From Lingula anatina (lineage: Eukaryota > Animalia > Brachiopoda), in NCBI GenBank assembly GCA_051362555.1, contig CM120648.1, positions 4,088,587 through 4,152,586 of the forward strand: DNA of 64,000 bases. The letters are read 5' to 3'. Of the stretch, positions 12,382 to 23,668 are shown one piece after another. Position numbers and translations under genes: made by a program. Numbering within the stretch: the first letter of the stretch is position 1; every line of letters starts with the position of its first letter. The notes beneath the pieces are model-generated. The model did not search any database. It saw nothing but the letters and a program-made list of their open reading frames with translations, and had not been told where the DNA came from.

Positions 12382-12580
12382 TGAATTAAGTGTCCATTAC
12401 TGTCTACCCCTGTCAATCATTTCTTCAAAACCAACTGTAAGCCTACTAAAACTTTCACATTTTATAGGAACTATGAACATTTCACTATTCAATCTCAGCA
12501 CAAAAAAAGGCAAAAAGAATTACATAAATCCAAAAAGAATTTAAATGTCATTATTAAGTGTTGGCCTTTCTCAATTTCAG

Positions 12581-13481
12581 GCACACTGCACACATCATAC
12601 ATAAGTGTGAAGTATGTGGAAGGCAGTTTAATACAAAACCAAACCTACTTTATCATGCACGAGTTCACAGCAAAAGAAAGTTTAGCTGCAATATTTGTGG
12701 CATGTCCTTCAAACGCCAAGTTCACGCCAAGAATCATAAGCTGTATACACACTCCACAGAAAAGAATTTTGAATGCCCTACCTGCGAGAAGAAATTCAAG
12801 CGTTATGGCAGTATGAAGAGGCATATGAACCTCCATGATGACACACTGTCAGATATCAAGTGCTGCCAGTGGGGATCGAGTTCAAGCGGAGAAGTGGAAC
12901 ACACCCAACTTCCTGAAGAGAACCCATCAACTTTGACTGCTAAGAAACCCAGATATCAAAGGCGATCGATAGTTGCAGATATGTTTCCATCTGATGTTAT
13001 CATGCCTGAAAATTTGTTACCTCCGAAGGTCAATCCTTCAGTTGCCAAGACATTCAAGGAACACTGGAACTGCATAAGGACAAGGTCTTCAAGGGGTAAC
13101 AGGCTGCAAGACTGGTACAACTTTCGACTGACCACCTTTCAGCCAAATGACCTTCGAGACCATCTAGTTCCGATTTTAGAAGAACAGCACTCGCTTTTTA
13201 AAATCAATGTTTCATTTGGTTTTATTTTAAGAAACAGCAAGACAGGAGCCTTGCGATACCAACACACAAGCAGCAACAGTCACTGTATTCTGAAAAAGCC
13301 AGCTAAGATCCAATATCGTGAGGATATCGATGAGATATTTGGAGATATATCTCTTCAAGATATTCTTGGGTGCGCTCAACAAGATCAACCCAGTGCACAG
13401 TGGGTGGTTGAGATGGTCACAAATGTAGTGTTTTATGTAACAAAGTTAAAACCAATACTTAAATATGTCCCTAACAGTTAA
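12581..13481 (+). CDS. ZNF gene 1 terminal exon T1 (type A): 3 C2H2 fingers plus Polinton/adintovirus PolB N-terminal-like domain
   Basis: Acceptor ctttctcaatttcag|g, phase 2; CEVC/CNIC/CPTC fingers; HWNCIRT...QDWYNFRL...FKINVSFGFILRN...QPSAQWVVEMVTNVVFYVTKL; aataaa at 13673. Confidence 0.8.
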
Positions 13482-14033
13482 CAGGCTAAGAATTCTTTCT
13501 GCAAATATAACAACAAAAGCAATGTGTTTGCAGATTATGGCTAAAAGCAAATACAAAATAGTGAATTGTATGATTTATATTACACTCATTAGAACATTGT
13601 CACTGTTAGTATTTGACACTATTCTTGTATCTTGAAAACCACAACACACGCAGGCATGCACCAGTTTGTTTTAATAAATTGAAAATAAGACTCGTTTTAA
13701 CTGACAGTAATTCACTTAAAATCAAACAAGTCCCAGTGTTAAGTTTTTTTTTTTTCATTTTTTTTTTTTTGTAATCATACAGTCTTCTGCTGTGTCATTT
13801 TACTTGAATAAACAAAGAAGTTGCCAAGAGAAAATCCGTTATCTCATATTGCATGGCCTACTGTGAATATGTTTCATTTACTATGCAAAGTTATCATGGT
13901 TGGTCTGTTTCATAAGAGTTACATAAAACATATTGCTATGTTTTTCCTTGCAAACCTAGTGTTATAAAGGTTTAGGTTGTGTAATGTTTCACAATGATTT
14001 AAAAGAATAAATTAATCCAATTGTAATATTGAT

Positions 14034-14270
14034 AACAAGAAAAGCACTCAGAGAGCGCAGACCTCGGTCAAGGCAACAATTTTTTTTTTATTATTATTGA
14101 TTATTGATTGATTGATGATCCGGATCAACACCAAAAACTAATCATCTCTTCCTTGGCGCACTTCTGATAGTTCCTGAAAATTTCATTAAAATTGGTCCAT
14201 AACTTTTTGAGTTATGTTGATGACAGACAGACGAACAGGGGTGAAAACATAACCTCCTTGGCGGGGGTAA
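14034..14270 (-). mobile_element. Non-autonomous Helentron/HINE-like element
   Basis: aacaagaaaagcactcagagagcgcagacctc...acagacagac...aacctccttggcgggggtaa (terminal hairpin plus microsatellite). Absent from the paralogous sites at ~18955 and ~21415, which show the empty site. Confidence 0.7.
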
Positions 14271-14756
14271 TAAAATACTCCTGTTAGCTGCTTGCAGCTG
14301 GTAGCTTCTTACTCCTGCTTTGGTTTGTTGGTTTAAGACCTCATTCCTGTCCCAAAATCAATCTAGAAGGAAAGACCCATCTCCAAGGGAATTCTTGCTA
14401 AATGGCTTTCAGCTTAAGCAGCTTAGATGTCTGTCACACCTACTGAAGCTGCTAAAACAGTTAATTACCTACTAACAGCTTCGGTAGGCATGCCAGACGT
14501 CAGATCCACTAAAGCTGAGTGCAATTAAGCAAGAAAGCCCTCGGAAAGCGTGTTTAGACCAGAGCAATTTCTATTTCATTTTTGCAAGGATCTCACTTGT
14601 TTAACAGACCAATTCCATTTAAGATGGTGTCAGAGAAAGTTACATTTGGTCTGCCAACCAGCTGAAATCAAGCATTTTTTACTCTTCAATCTCGGCACAA
14701 ATTAACCAATAAGAATTTACATGCAAGTTAAAAGTGTGAGCCATTCTCAATTTCAG

Positions 14757-15711
14757 GCACAGTGCAAGCATCATTCACAAATGTGAAGTATGTGGAAAGC
14801 AGTGTGATTCAAAATCAAACCTACTTCATCATGTAGATGATCACCGCAAAAGAAAATTTCACTGCGAAATCTGCGGCATGTCCTTCAAACGCTTAAGTTA
14901 TGTCAAGAATCATAAGCTTTCTAAACACTCCACGGAAAAGAATTTTGAATGCCCTACCTGCGGGAAGAAATTCAAGCGTAAAGACAATATGAAGAGACAC
15001 ATGCGCCTCCATGATGTCACACCTTCAGAATGCCCTAAATGCAATAAGAAATTCAAGGATTATGACAGTTTGAAGAATCACATGCGCCTCCATGATCTCA
15101 AACCTTCAGATATCAAGTGCTGCGAGTGGGGATCAACTTTGACCTCTGAGAAAGCCAGATATCAAAGGCGATCTGTAGTTGCCGAATTGTTTCCAGCTGA
15201 TGATGTTATCATGCCTGACAATTTGTTACCTCCAAATGTCAAGCCTTCAGTTGCCAAGACATTCAAGGAACACTGGAACTGCATAAGGACCAGGTTTTTA
15301 AGGGGTAACACCAAGTCTTCTAGGGGTAACAGGCTGCAAGACTGGTATAACTTTCGACTGACCGCCTTTCAGCCAAATGACCTTCGCGACCATCTGGTTC
15401 CGATCTTAGAAGAACAGCGCTCACTTTTCAAAATCAATGTTTCATTTGGTTTTATTCTAAGAAACAACAGGACAGGAGCTCTGCAATATCAACACACAAG
15501 CAGCAACAGTCACTGTCTTTTCAAAAAGCCAGCTAAGATCCAATATCGTGAGGATATCGATGAGATATTTGGAGATGTGTCTCTTCAAGATGTTCTTGGG
15601 TGCGCTCAACAAAATCAACCCAGTGCACAGTGGGTGGTTGAGATGGTCACAAATGTTGTGTTTTATGTTACAAAGCTAAAACCAAAACTCAAATATGACC
15701 CCAAATGTTAA
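14757..15711 (+). CDS. ZNF gene 1 terminal exon T2 (type B): 4 C2H2 fingers plus PolB N-terminal-like domain
   Basis: Acceptor ttctcaatttcag|g, phase 2; 40 stop-free codons upstream of the ORF-track ATG at 14878 supply finger 1 and half of finger 2. Confidence 0.8.
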
Positions 15712-16371
15712 CAGACAAAGAATTCTTCTTGCAAATATAACAACAAAAGCAATATGTTTGCAGATAATGTCTAAAAGCAAATACAAAATGTACCTTAATC
15801 TGCTGGTTTAAAGAAAATGCACTGAAATGTTATGCTTGTGATAGATTTTGTCTGTGAATATAACATGATGGAAGCATTGTTTTGCAGTTTTGATGACTTT
15901 AGTGTATGATTTGGACTTTATAAGGTTCACCCATAGTTATTGCTAGTTTATGTTTGCTTGTTATTTTGTATTTCATTTACCTTATTTCACCATTTGTCTA
16001 CTTTACCAAATGTAATTAATCTACTAGGTTATTTTATTAAATAAGAATAGCAAAATTTTGGCATCCAAGTCAAACTACATTGGATAGACAGGATATACAT
16101 ATTGTTTATTTGATGTCATGTTTAGAGATATCTTTGTTCAGGAAGAGTTAATTGTATGATTTATACAAAACTCATTAGAACACTCACCATTGGCTTTTGA
16201 CACTGTTCTTGTATTGTGAAAATCACAATGCATGAAGGCATGTACAAGTTTATTTTAATAAATTGTTTAACAGACCAGTACCATTTACTATGGTGTCTGA
16301 GTAAGTTACATTTGCTCTGCCAACCAGCTGAAATAAAGCAATTTTAACTCTTTAAATTCTGCACAAATTAA

Positions 16372-17000
16372 AGTCATAATAACTCTTCGTTTTGGCCAAA
16401 AATTGGATTTTCCTGGAAAAAACGGCAATTATCCCGTACTTACCAATGGCCAACGACCCCATTCCTGCATTCAAAGTTAATCCAGGTTTTTTTTCCTAAA
16501 CGTACGGTTTTTTGTTAAAATCTCTTAAGAGATTTTAACTGACGGAGCTCTCTCTGACATTGCAAAGTCACTGGTGACCTACTTAAAACCGCGGGAAAAG
16601 CAGACAACAACAACACTATATAAGGTTCATGAGATATATTCGTCTTTTTGTTAAAAATGCATTTATATCCGCAATGTGTGCCATTCTGGGCTTTTCGTTA
16701 TCCGACGCACTGTACAAAAACTCGCAACTTACGTCTGCGTCTGCACTAATGCGTTTGGCGCCATGTTATTTTGGTCTCGAATGAACGCGAGAATCCGCGT
16801 GACACCATTACGTCATTAGCAACAAATGCACTTGTCGACCGGAAAAAAGGCATCGTAAGCCCTCTTGACAAGCACAGATTTTAGTTTTCCTACAATAACG
16901 GCCGTTTTAGTGGTAAAATACAATAGAATATATTTCCATGCGTTTTTTACAATGTATTTCATGCGGATTTTTGAATCTCAAAGGAAGAGTTATTATTGCT
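16372..17000. mobile_element. Non-autonomous TIR element with TTAA TSD (Kolobok-like)
   Basis: ttaa|agtcataataactcttcgttt...aaaggaagagttattattgct|ttaa; the empty site cacaaattaaccaa is present in the paralogous units (~14697, 19481, 21942). Confidence 0.85.
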
Positions 17001-17059
17001 TTAACCAACTAGAATTTAAATGCCAGTTGCAATTAAGTGTAAGACTTTCTCAATTACAG

Positions 17060-18044
17060 GCACAGTGCAGGCATCATACACAAGTGTCAAGTATGTGGAA
17101 AGCAGTTTAATACAAAATCAAACCTACTTCATCATGCAGATGATCACCACAAAAAAAAATTTAACTGCGAAATCTGTGGCATGTCTTTCAAATGCTCAGA
17201 TTATGTCAAGAATCATAAGCTTTCTAAACACTCCATGGAAAAGAATTTTGAATGCCCTACCTGCGGGAAGAAATTCAAGCGTTATGACAGTATGAAGAGG
17301 CATATGCACCTCCATGATGACACACCTTTAGAATGCCCTAAATGCAAGAAGAAATTCAAGCGTAATGACATTATGAAAAATCACATGCGCCTTCATGATG
17401 TCACACTTTCGGAAATCAAGTGCTGCGAGTGGGGATCGAGTACAAGCAGAGAAGTGGAACACACACAACTTCCTGAAGAGAACCCATCAACTTCAACTGC
17501 TAAGAAACCCAGATATCAAAGGCGATCGGTAGTTGCAGATATGTTTCCATCTGATGGTGTTATCATGCCTGACAATTTGTTACCTTCGAAGGTCAATCCT
17601 TCAGTTGCAAAGACAATCAAGGAACACTGGAACTGCATAAGGACCAGGTCTACGCGGGGTAACAGGCTGCAAGACTGGTATAACTTTCGCCTGACCACCT
17701 TTCAGCCAAATGACCTTCGAGACCATCTGATTCAGATCTTAGAAGAACAGCGGTCACTTTTCAAAGTCAATGTTTCATTTGGTTTTATTCTAAGAAACAA
17801 CAAGACAGGAGCTCTGCAATATCAACACACAAGCAGCAACAGTCACTGTCTTCTGAAAAAGCCTGTTAAGATCCAATATCGTGAGGATATCGATGAGATA
17901 TTTGGAGATGTGTCTCTTCAAGATGTTCTTGGGTGCGCTCAACAAAATCAACCCAGTGCACAGTGGGTGGTTGAGATGGTCACAAATGTTGTGTTTTATG
18001 TAACAAAGCTAAAACCAATACTTAAATATGACTCCAACTGTTAA
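17060..18044 (+). CDS. ZNF gene 1 terminal exon T3 (type A): 4 C2H2 fingers plus PolB N-terminal-like domain
   Basis: Acceptor tttctcaattacag|g, phase 2, in frame with ORF 17181-18044; aataaa at 18322. Confidence 0.8.
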
Positions 18045-19541
18045 CAAGCAAAGAATTATTTCTACAAATATAACAGCAAAAGCAATGTGTTTGCTGATTA
18101 TGTCTAAAAGCAAATACTAAATGTACCTTAATCTGCTGATTTTAAGAAAATGTAATGTTTTTTGATAGGAGATTTGTCTGTGAATATAATATGATGGAAG
18201 CATTGTTTTGCAGTTTTGATGACCTTAGTGTATGATTTGGACTTGATTAGGTTCACTCATAGTTATTGCTAGTTTATGTTTGTCTGTTATTATATATTTC
18301 ATTTTCACAGATGTTGCATTCAATAAACAGATAAAACTTTTACTGTATCATGAATATAAATTATGGAAGATATACCTCATTTCATAATCTAGGTAATTTG
18401 ATAAATAAAAATAGCGAAATTTGGCATCCAAGTCAAACTACCGTACATTGGATAGGCAGGATATACATCTTGTTTATTTTGATGTCATGTTTAGAGATAT
18501 CTTTGTACAGGAAGAGTTAATTGTATGATTTATACAAAATTCATTAGAATATTGTCACTGGTGGCTTTGGCAGTGTTCTTGTATCATGAAAACCAGTATG
18601 CATGAAGGCATGTACAAGTTTATTTAATAAATTGAAAATTATACGGATTTAAACTGACAATTACTTATTTAAAAGCAAACAAAACCCAGTACTATTTATT
18701 ATTTATTTATTTATTTTTTTTTTTTCATTTTTTTATCATACAGTCTTCTGTTGTGTAATTTTTACTTGAATAAACACAGAAGTTGCCAAGACAAAATGTC
18801 TGGTATCTCAAACTGCATGACCTACTGTGAATATGCAATGTTATCTAGGTTAGTCTGTTTCATAAGAGTTACATAAACCATATTGCCATGTTTTCCCTTG
18901 TATATTGATATGAAGAGTTAGGTTGAATTAATGAATTAATCCAATTGTTATATTAATAATAAAATGCTCTTTAGCTGCTTGCAGCTCTTAACTTCTTACT
19001 CCTGCTTTGGCTTATTGGTCCAAGACCCCATTCCCATACTTAAATTAATCTAGAAGGATAGACCCATCTCCAGGGGAATTTTTCTAAATTGCATTCAGTT
19101 TACCGTAAGCGGCTAAGATGTCTGGCATGCCTACTGAAGCTGCTAAACAATAATTAATTACCTCCTAAGAGCTTCAGTAGGCATGCCAGACATCAGAGCC
19201 ACTAACGCTGAGTGCAATTAAGCCAGAAAGCCCTCGGAGATGGGTGGATCTGGGTATGTGAACAGGTTATAAAATCTGTTTTTTACTACTAACCATCACC
19301 TTTCACCCTCGGGTGGAATGGCAGCAGCAACAGCATGTTTAGACCAGAGCTATTTCTATTTCATTTTTGCAAGGATCTCACTTGTTTAACAGACCAATTC
19401 CATTTACAATGGTGTCAGAGAAAGTTACATTTGGTCTGCCAACCAGCCGAAATGAAGCAATTTTAACTCTTCAAACTCAGCACAAATTAACCAACAAGAA
19501 TTTACATGCAAGTTAAAAATGTAAGCCATTTTCAATTTCAG

Positions 19542-20496
19542 GCACAGTGCACGCTTCATTCACAAATGTGAAGTATGTGGAAAGCAGTTTATTACAAAAT
19601 CAAGCCTACTTCATCATGTAGATGATCACAGCAAAAGAAAATTTCATTGCGAAATCTGTGGTATGTCCTTCAAACGCTCATTTCATGCCAAGAATCATAA
19701 GCTTTCTAAACACTCCACGGAAAGAAATTTTGAATGCCCTACCTGCAGAAAGAAATTCAAGCGTAAAGATGTTATGAAGAGACACATGCGCCTCCATGAT
19801 GTCACACCTTCAGAATGCCCTAAATGCAAGAAGAAATTCAAGGATTATGACAGTATGAAGAATCACATACGCCTCCATGATCTCTCACCTTCAGATATCA
19901 AGTGCTGCGAGTGGGGATCAACTTTGACCTCTGAGAAAGCCAGATATCAAAGGCGATCAGTAGTTGCTGAATTGTTTCCAGCTGATGATGTTATCATGCC
20001 TGACAATTTGTTACCTCCAAATGTCAAGCCTTCAGTTGCCAAGACATTCAAGGAACACTGGAACTGCATAAGGACCAGGTTTTTAAGGGGTAACACCAAG
20101 TCTTCGAGGGGTAAAAGGCTGCAAGACTGGTATAACTTTCGACTGACTGCCTTTCAGCCAAATGACCTTCGCGACCATCTGGTTCCAATCTTAGAAGAAC
20201 AGCGCTCACTTTTCAAAGTCCGTGTTTCATTTGGCTTTATTCTAAGAAACAACAAGACAGGAGCCTTGCAATATCAACACACAAGCAGCAACAGTCACTG
20301 TATTCTGAAAAAGCCTGCTAAGATCCAATATCGTGAGGATATCGATGAGATATTCGGAGATGTGTCTCTTCAAGATGTTCTTGGGTGTGCTCAACAAGAT
20401 CAACCCAGTGCACAGTGGGTGGTTGAGATGGTCACAAATGTTGTGTTTTATGTAACAAAGCTAAAACCAAAAGTTAAATATGACCCCAAATGTTAA
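19542..20496 (+). CDS. ZNF gene 1 terminal exon T4 (type B): 4 C2H2 fingers plus PolB N-terminal-like domain
   Basis: Acceptor ttttcaatttcag|g, phase 2, in frame with ORF 19663-20496. Confidence 0.8.
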
Positions 20497-22002
20497 CAGA
20501 CAAAGAATTCTTTTTGCAAATATAAGAACAAAAGCAATATGTTTGCAGATAATGTCTAAAAGCAAATACAAAATGTACCTTAATCTGCTGGTTTGAAGAA
20601 AATGCACTGATATGTTTTGCTTATGATAGATTTTGTCTGTGAATATAATATGATGGAAGTATTGTTTTGCAGTTTTGATGACCTTAGTGTATGATTTGGA
20701 CTTGATTAGGTTCACTCATAGTTATTGCTAGTTTATGTTTGTCTGTTACTATATACTGTATTTCATTTTCACAGATGTTGCATTCAATAAACAGATAAAA
20801 CTTTTACTGTATCATGAATATAAATTATGGAAGATATACCTCATTTCATAATCTAGGTAATTTGATAAATAAAAAAAGCGAAATTTGGCATCCAAGTCAA
20901 ACTACCGTACATTGGATAGGCAGGATATACATCTTGTTTATTTTGATGTCATGTTTAGAGATATCTTTGTACAGGAAGAGTTAATTGTATGATTTATACA
21001 AAATTCATTAGAATATTGTCACTGGTGGCTTTGACAGTGTTCTTGTATCATGAAAACCAGTATGCATGAAGGCATGTACAAGTTTATTTAATAAATTGAA
21101 AATTATACGGATTTAAACTGACAATTACTTATTTAAAAGCAAACAAAACCCAGTATTTATTTTTTATTTATTTATTTTTTTTTTTTCATTTTTTTATCAT
21201 ACAGTCTTCTTTTGTGTCATTTTACTTGAATAAACACAGAAGTTGCCAAGACAAAATGGCTGGTATCTCAAACTGCATGACCTACTGTGAATATGCAATG
21301 TTATCTAGGTTAGTCTGTTTCATAAGAGTTACATAAACCATATTGCCATGTTTTCCCTTGTATATTGATATGAAGAGTTAGGTTGAATTAATGAATTAAT
21401 CCAATTGTTATATTAATAATAAAATGCTCTTTAGCTTCTTGCAGCTCTTAACTTCTTACTCCTGCTTTGGCTTATTGGTCCAAGACCCCATTCCCATACT
21501 TAAATTAATCTAGAAGGATAGACCCATCTCCAGGGGAATTTTTCTAAATTGCATTCAGTTTACCGTAAGCGGCTAAGATGGCTGGCACGCCTACCGAAGC
21601 TACTACACAATAATTAATTACCTCCTAACAGCTTCAGTAGGCATGCCAGACGTCAGAGCCACTAACGCTGAGTGCAATTAGGCCAGAAAGCCCTCGGAGA
21701 TGGGTTGATCAAAGTATGAGGAGAGGTTCTAAAATCTCTCTTTTACTACTAACCATCATCTTTCACCCTCGGGTGGAATGGCAGCAGCAACAGCATGTTT
21801 AGACCAGAGCTTTTTTTTATTTTATTTTTGCAAGGATATCACTTGTTTAACAGACCAATTCCAGTTAAGATGGTGTCAGAGAAAGTAACATTTGGTCTGC
21901 CAACCAGCCGAAATGAAGCAATTTTAACTCTTCAAACTCAGCACAAATTAACCAACAAGAATTTACATGCAAGTTAAAAATGTAAGCCATTTTCGATTTC
22001 AG

Positions 22003-22936
22003 GCACAGTGCACGCAATCACAAATGTGAAGTATGTGGAAAGCAGTTTAATACAAAATCAAGCCTACTACATCATGCAGATGATCACCGCAAAAGAAAAT
22101 TTCTCTGCGAAATCTGCGGCATGTCCTTCAAACGCTCAATTCATATCAAGAATCATAAGCTTTCTAAACACTCCAAGGAAAGAGATTTTGAATGCCCTAC
22201 CTGCAGAAAGAAGTTCAAGCGTAAAGACAATATGAAGAGACACATGGGCCTCCATGATGTCACACCTTCGGAATGCCCTAAATGTAAGAAGAAATTCAAA
22301 GATTATGACAGGATGAAGAATCACATGTGCCTCCATGACGTCACACTTTCAGATATCAAGTGCTGTGACTGGGGATCAACTTTGACCTCTGAGAAAGCCA
22401 GATATCAAAGGCGATCGATAGTTGCTGAATTGTTTCCAGCTGATGATGTTATCATGCCTGACAATTTGTTATCTCCAAATGTCAATCCTTTAGTTGCCAA
22501 GACATTCAAGGAACACTGGAACTGCATAAGGACCAGGTTTTTAAGGGGTAACACCAAGTCTTCGAGGGGTAAAAGGCTGCAAGACTGGTATAACTTTCGA
22601 CTGACCGCCTTTCAGCCAAATGACCTTCGAGACCATCTGGTACCGATCTTAGAAGAAAAGCGCTCAGTTATCAAAATCAATGTTTCATTTGGTTTTATTC
22701 TAAGAAACAACAAGACAGGAGCCTTGCGATACCAACACACAAGCAGCAACAGTCACTGTCTTCTGAAAATGCCAGCTAAGATCCAATATCGTGAGGATAT
22801 CGATGAGATATTCGGAGATGTGTCTCTTCAAGATGTTCTTGGGTGTGCTCAACAAGATCAACCCAGTGGAGAGTGGGTGGTTGAGATGGTCACAAATGTT
22901 GTGTTTCATGTAGCAAAGCTAAAACCAGTACTTTAA
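22003..22936 (+). CDS. ZNF gene 1 terminal exon T5 (type B): 4 C2H2 fingers plus PolB N-terminal-like domain, with a slightly earlier stop
   Basis: Acceptor ttttcgatttcag|g, phase 2, in frame with ORF 22121-22936 (one-codon deletion near the start). Confidence 0.75.
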
Positions 22937-23382
22937 TATGACCCCAACTGTTAACAGGCTAAGGCCCCATACCCATACACCCCATTCTCATAGATTAGAT
23001 CGACCTACATTGGATCGACCTAAATCCCTGGGGGTTCACGCTAAATAGCTGTCAGCCGGGCGGACACGAAAGTTAATTACCCCTTAAAGCTTGTAGTAGG
23101 CGGGGACGGACACTTAAGGGGGATTATCTGACAGTAATCTAGTGAGACTCCCCGCGGTGATAGATCGATCTAAAAGTTGTGAGAACAGACCCATAGACAC
23201 CACCTGCCTATGTAACAAAACCCAACTCTATGGGGATTCTCACCAAGTCATTCAGCTTTAAAAATTTGCCTCCGTCTTGTGTAAAGGAAAATGCAGAAAA
23301 AGCTGGTGATTATGTATGTATGTTGGAAACAAGAGATTGTCATTCCGTTAAGCTGATTGCTTAGTATAGGGAAACATTCACA

Positions 23383-23668
23383 TCGAGAAGAGCCAAGGTC
23401 TAGTAAGGCTGCGACCTATATATGGTGGACCTACATGAAAGGTAGACCGCTTTATCCATTAATGGTCTCTCTGCCTCACATACGCCTCCCCGCATGTTGT
23501 CCCTGCAGGGGCACACTTATTAAATCTCAGCTCAATTCAACCGGTCAAGGAACAACGCGTGGGGAGGTATGTGAGAGGCAGAGAGACCATTATAGGATTA
23601 GCGGTCTTCCTTTCAAGAAGATCCACCATATTCGGGTCGCAGCCTTACTAAACCTCGACTCTTCTCGA
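23383..23668. mobile_element. Foldback/MITE with ~125-bp imperfect inverted repeats
   Basis: tcgagaagagccaaggtctagtaaggctgcgacc...ggtctctctgcctcacatac pairs with gtatgtgagaggcagagagacc...ggtcgcagccttactaaacctcgactcttctcga. Confidence 0.75.

Noticed and set aside
14878-22936. ORFs starting MSFK as four independent intronless genes
   Set aside because: The ATG lies between the CxxC and the helix of finger 2; the frame continues upstream to a conserved splice acceptor.
12558-22936. An intact Polinton/adintovirus insertion
   Set aside because: No polymerase, integrase, ATPase, protease or capsid ORFs and no long TIRs; only the N-terminal-like domain is present, inside spliced exons.
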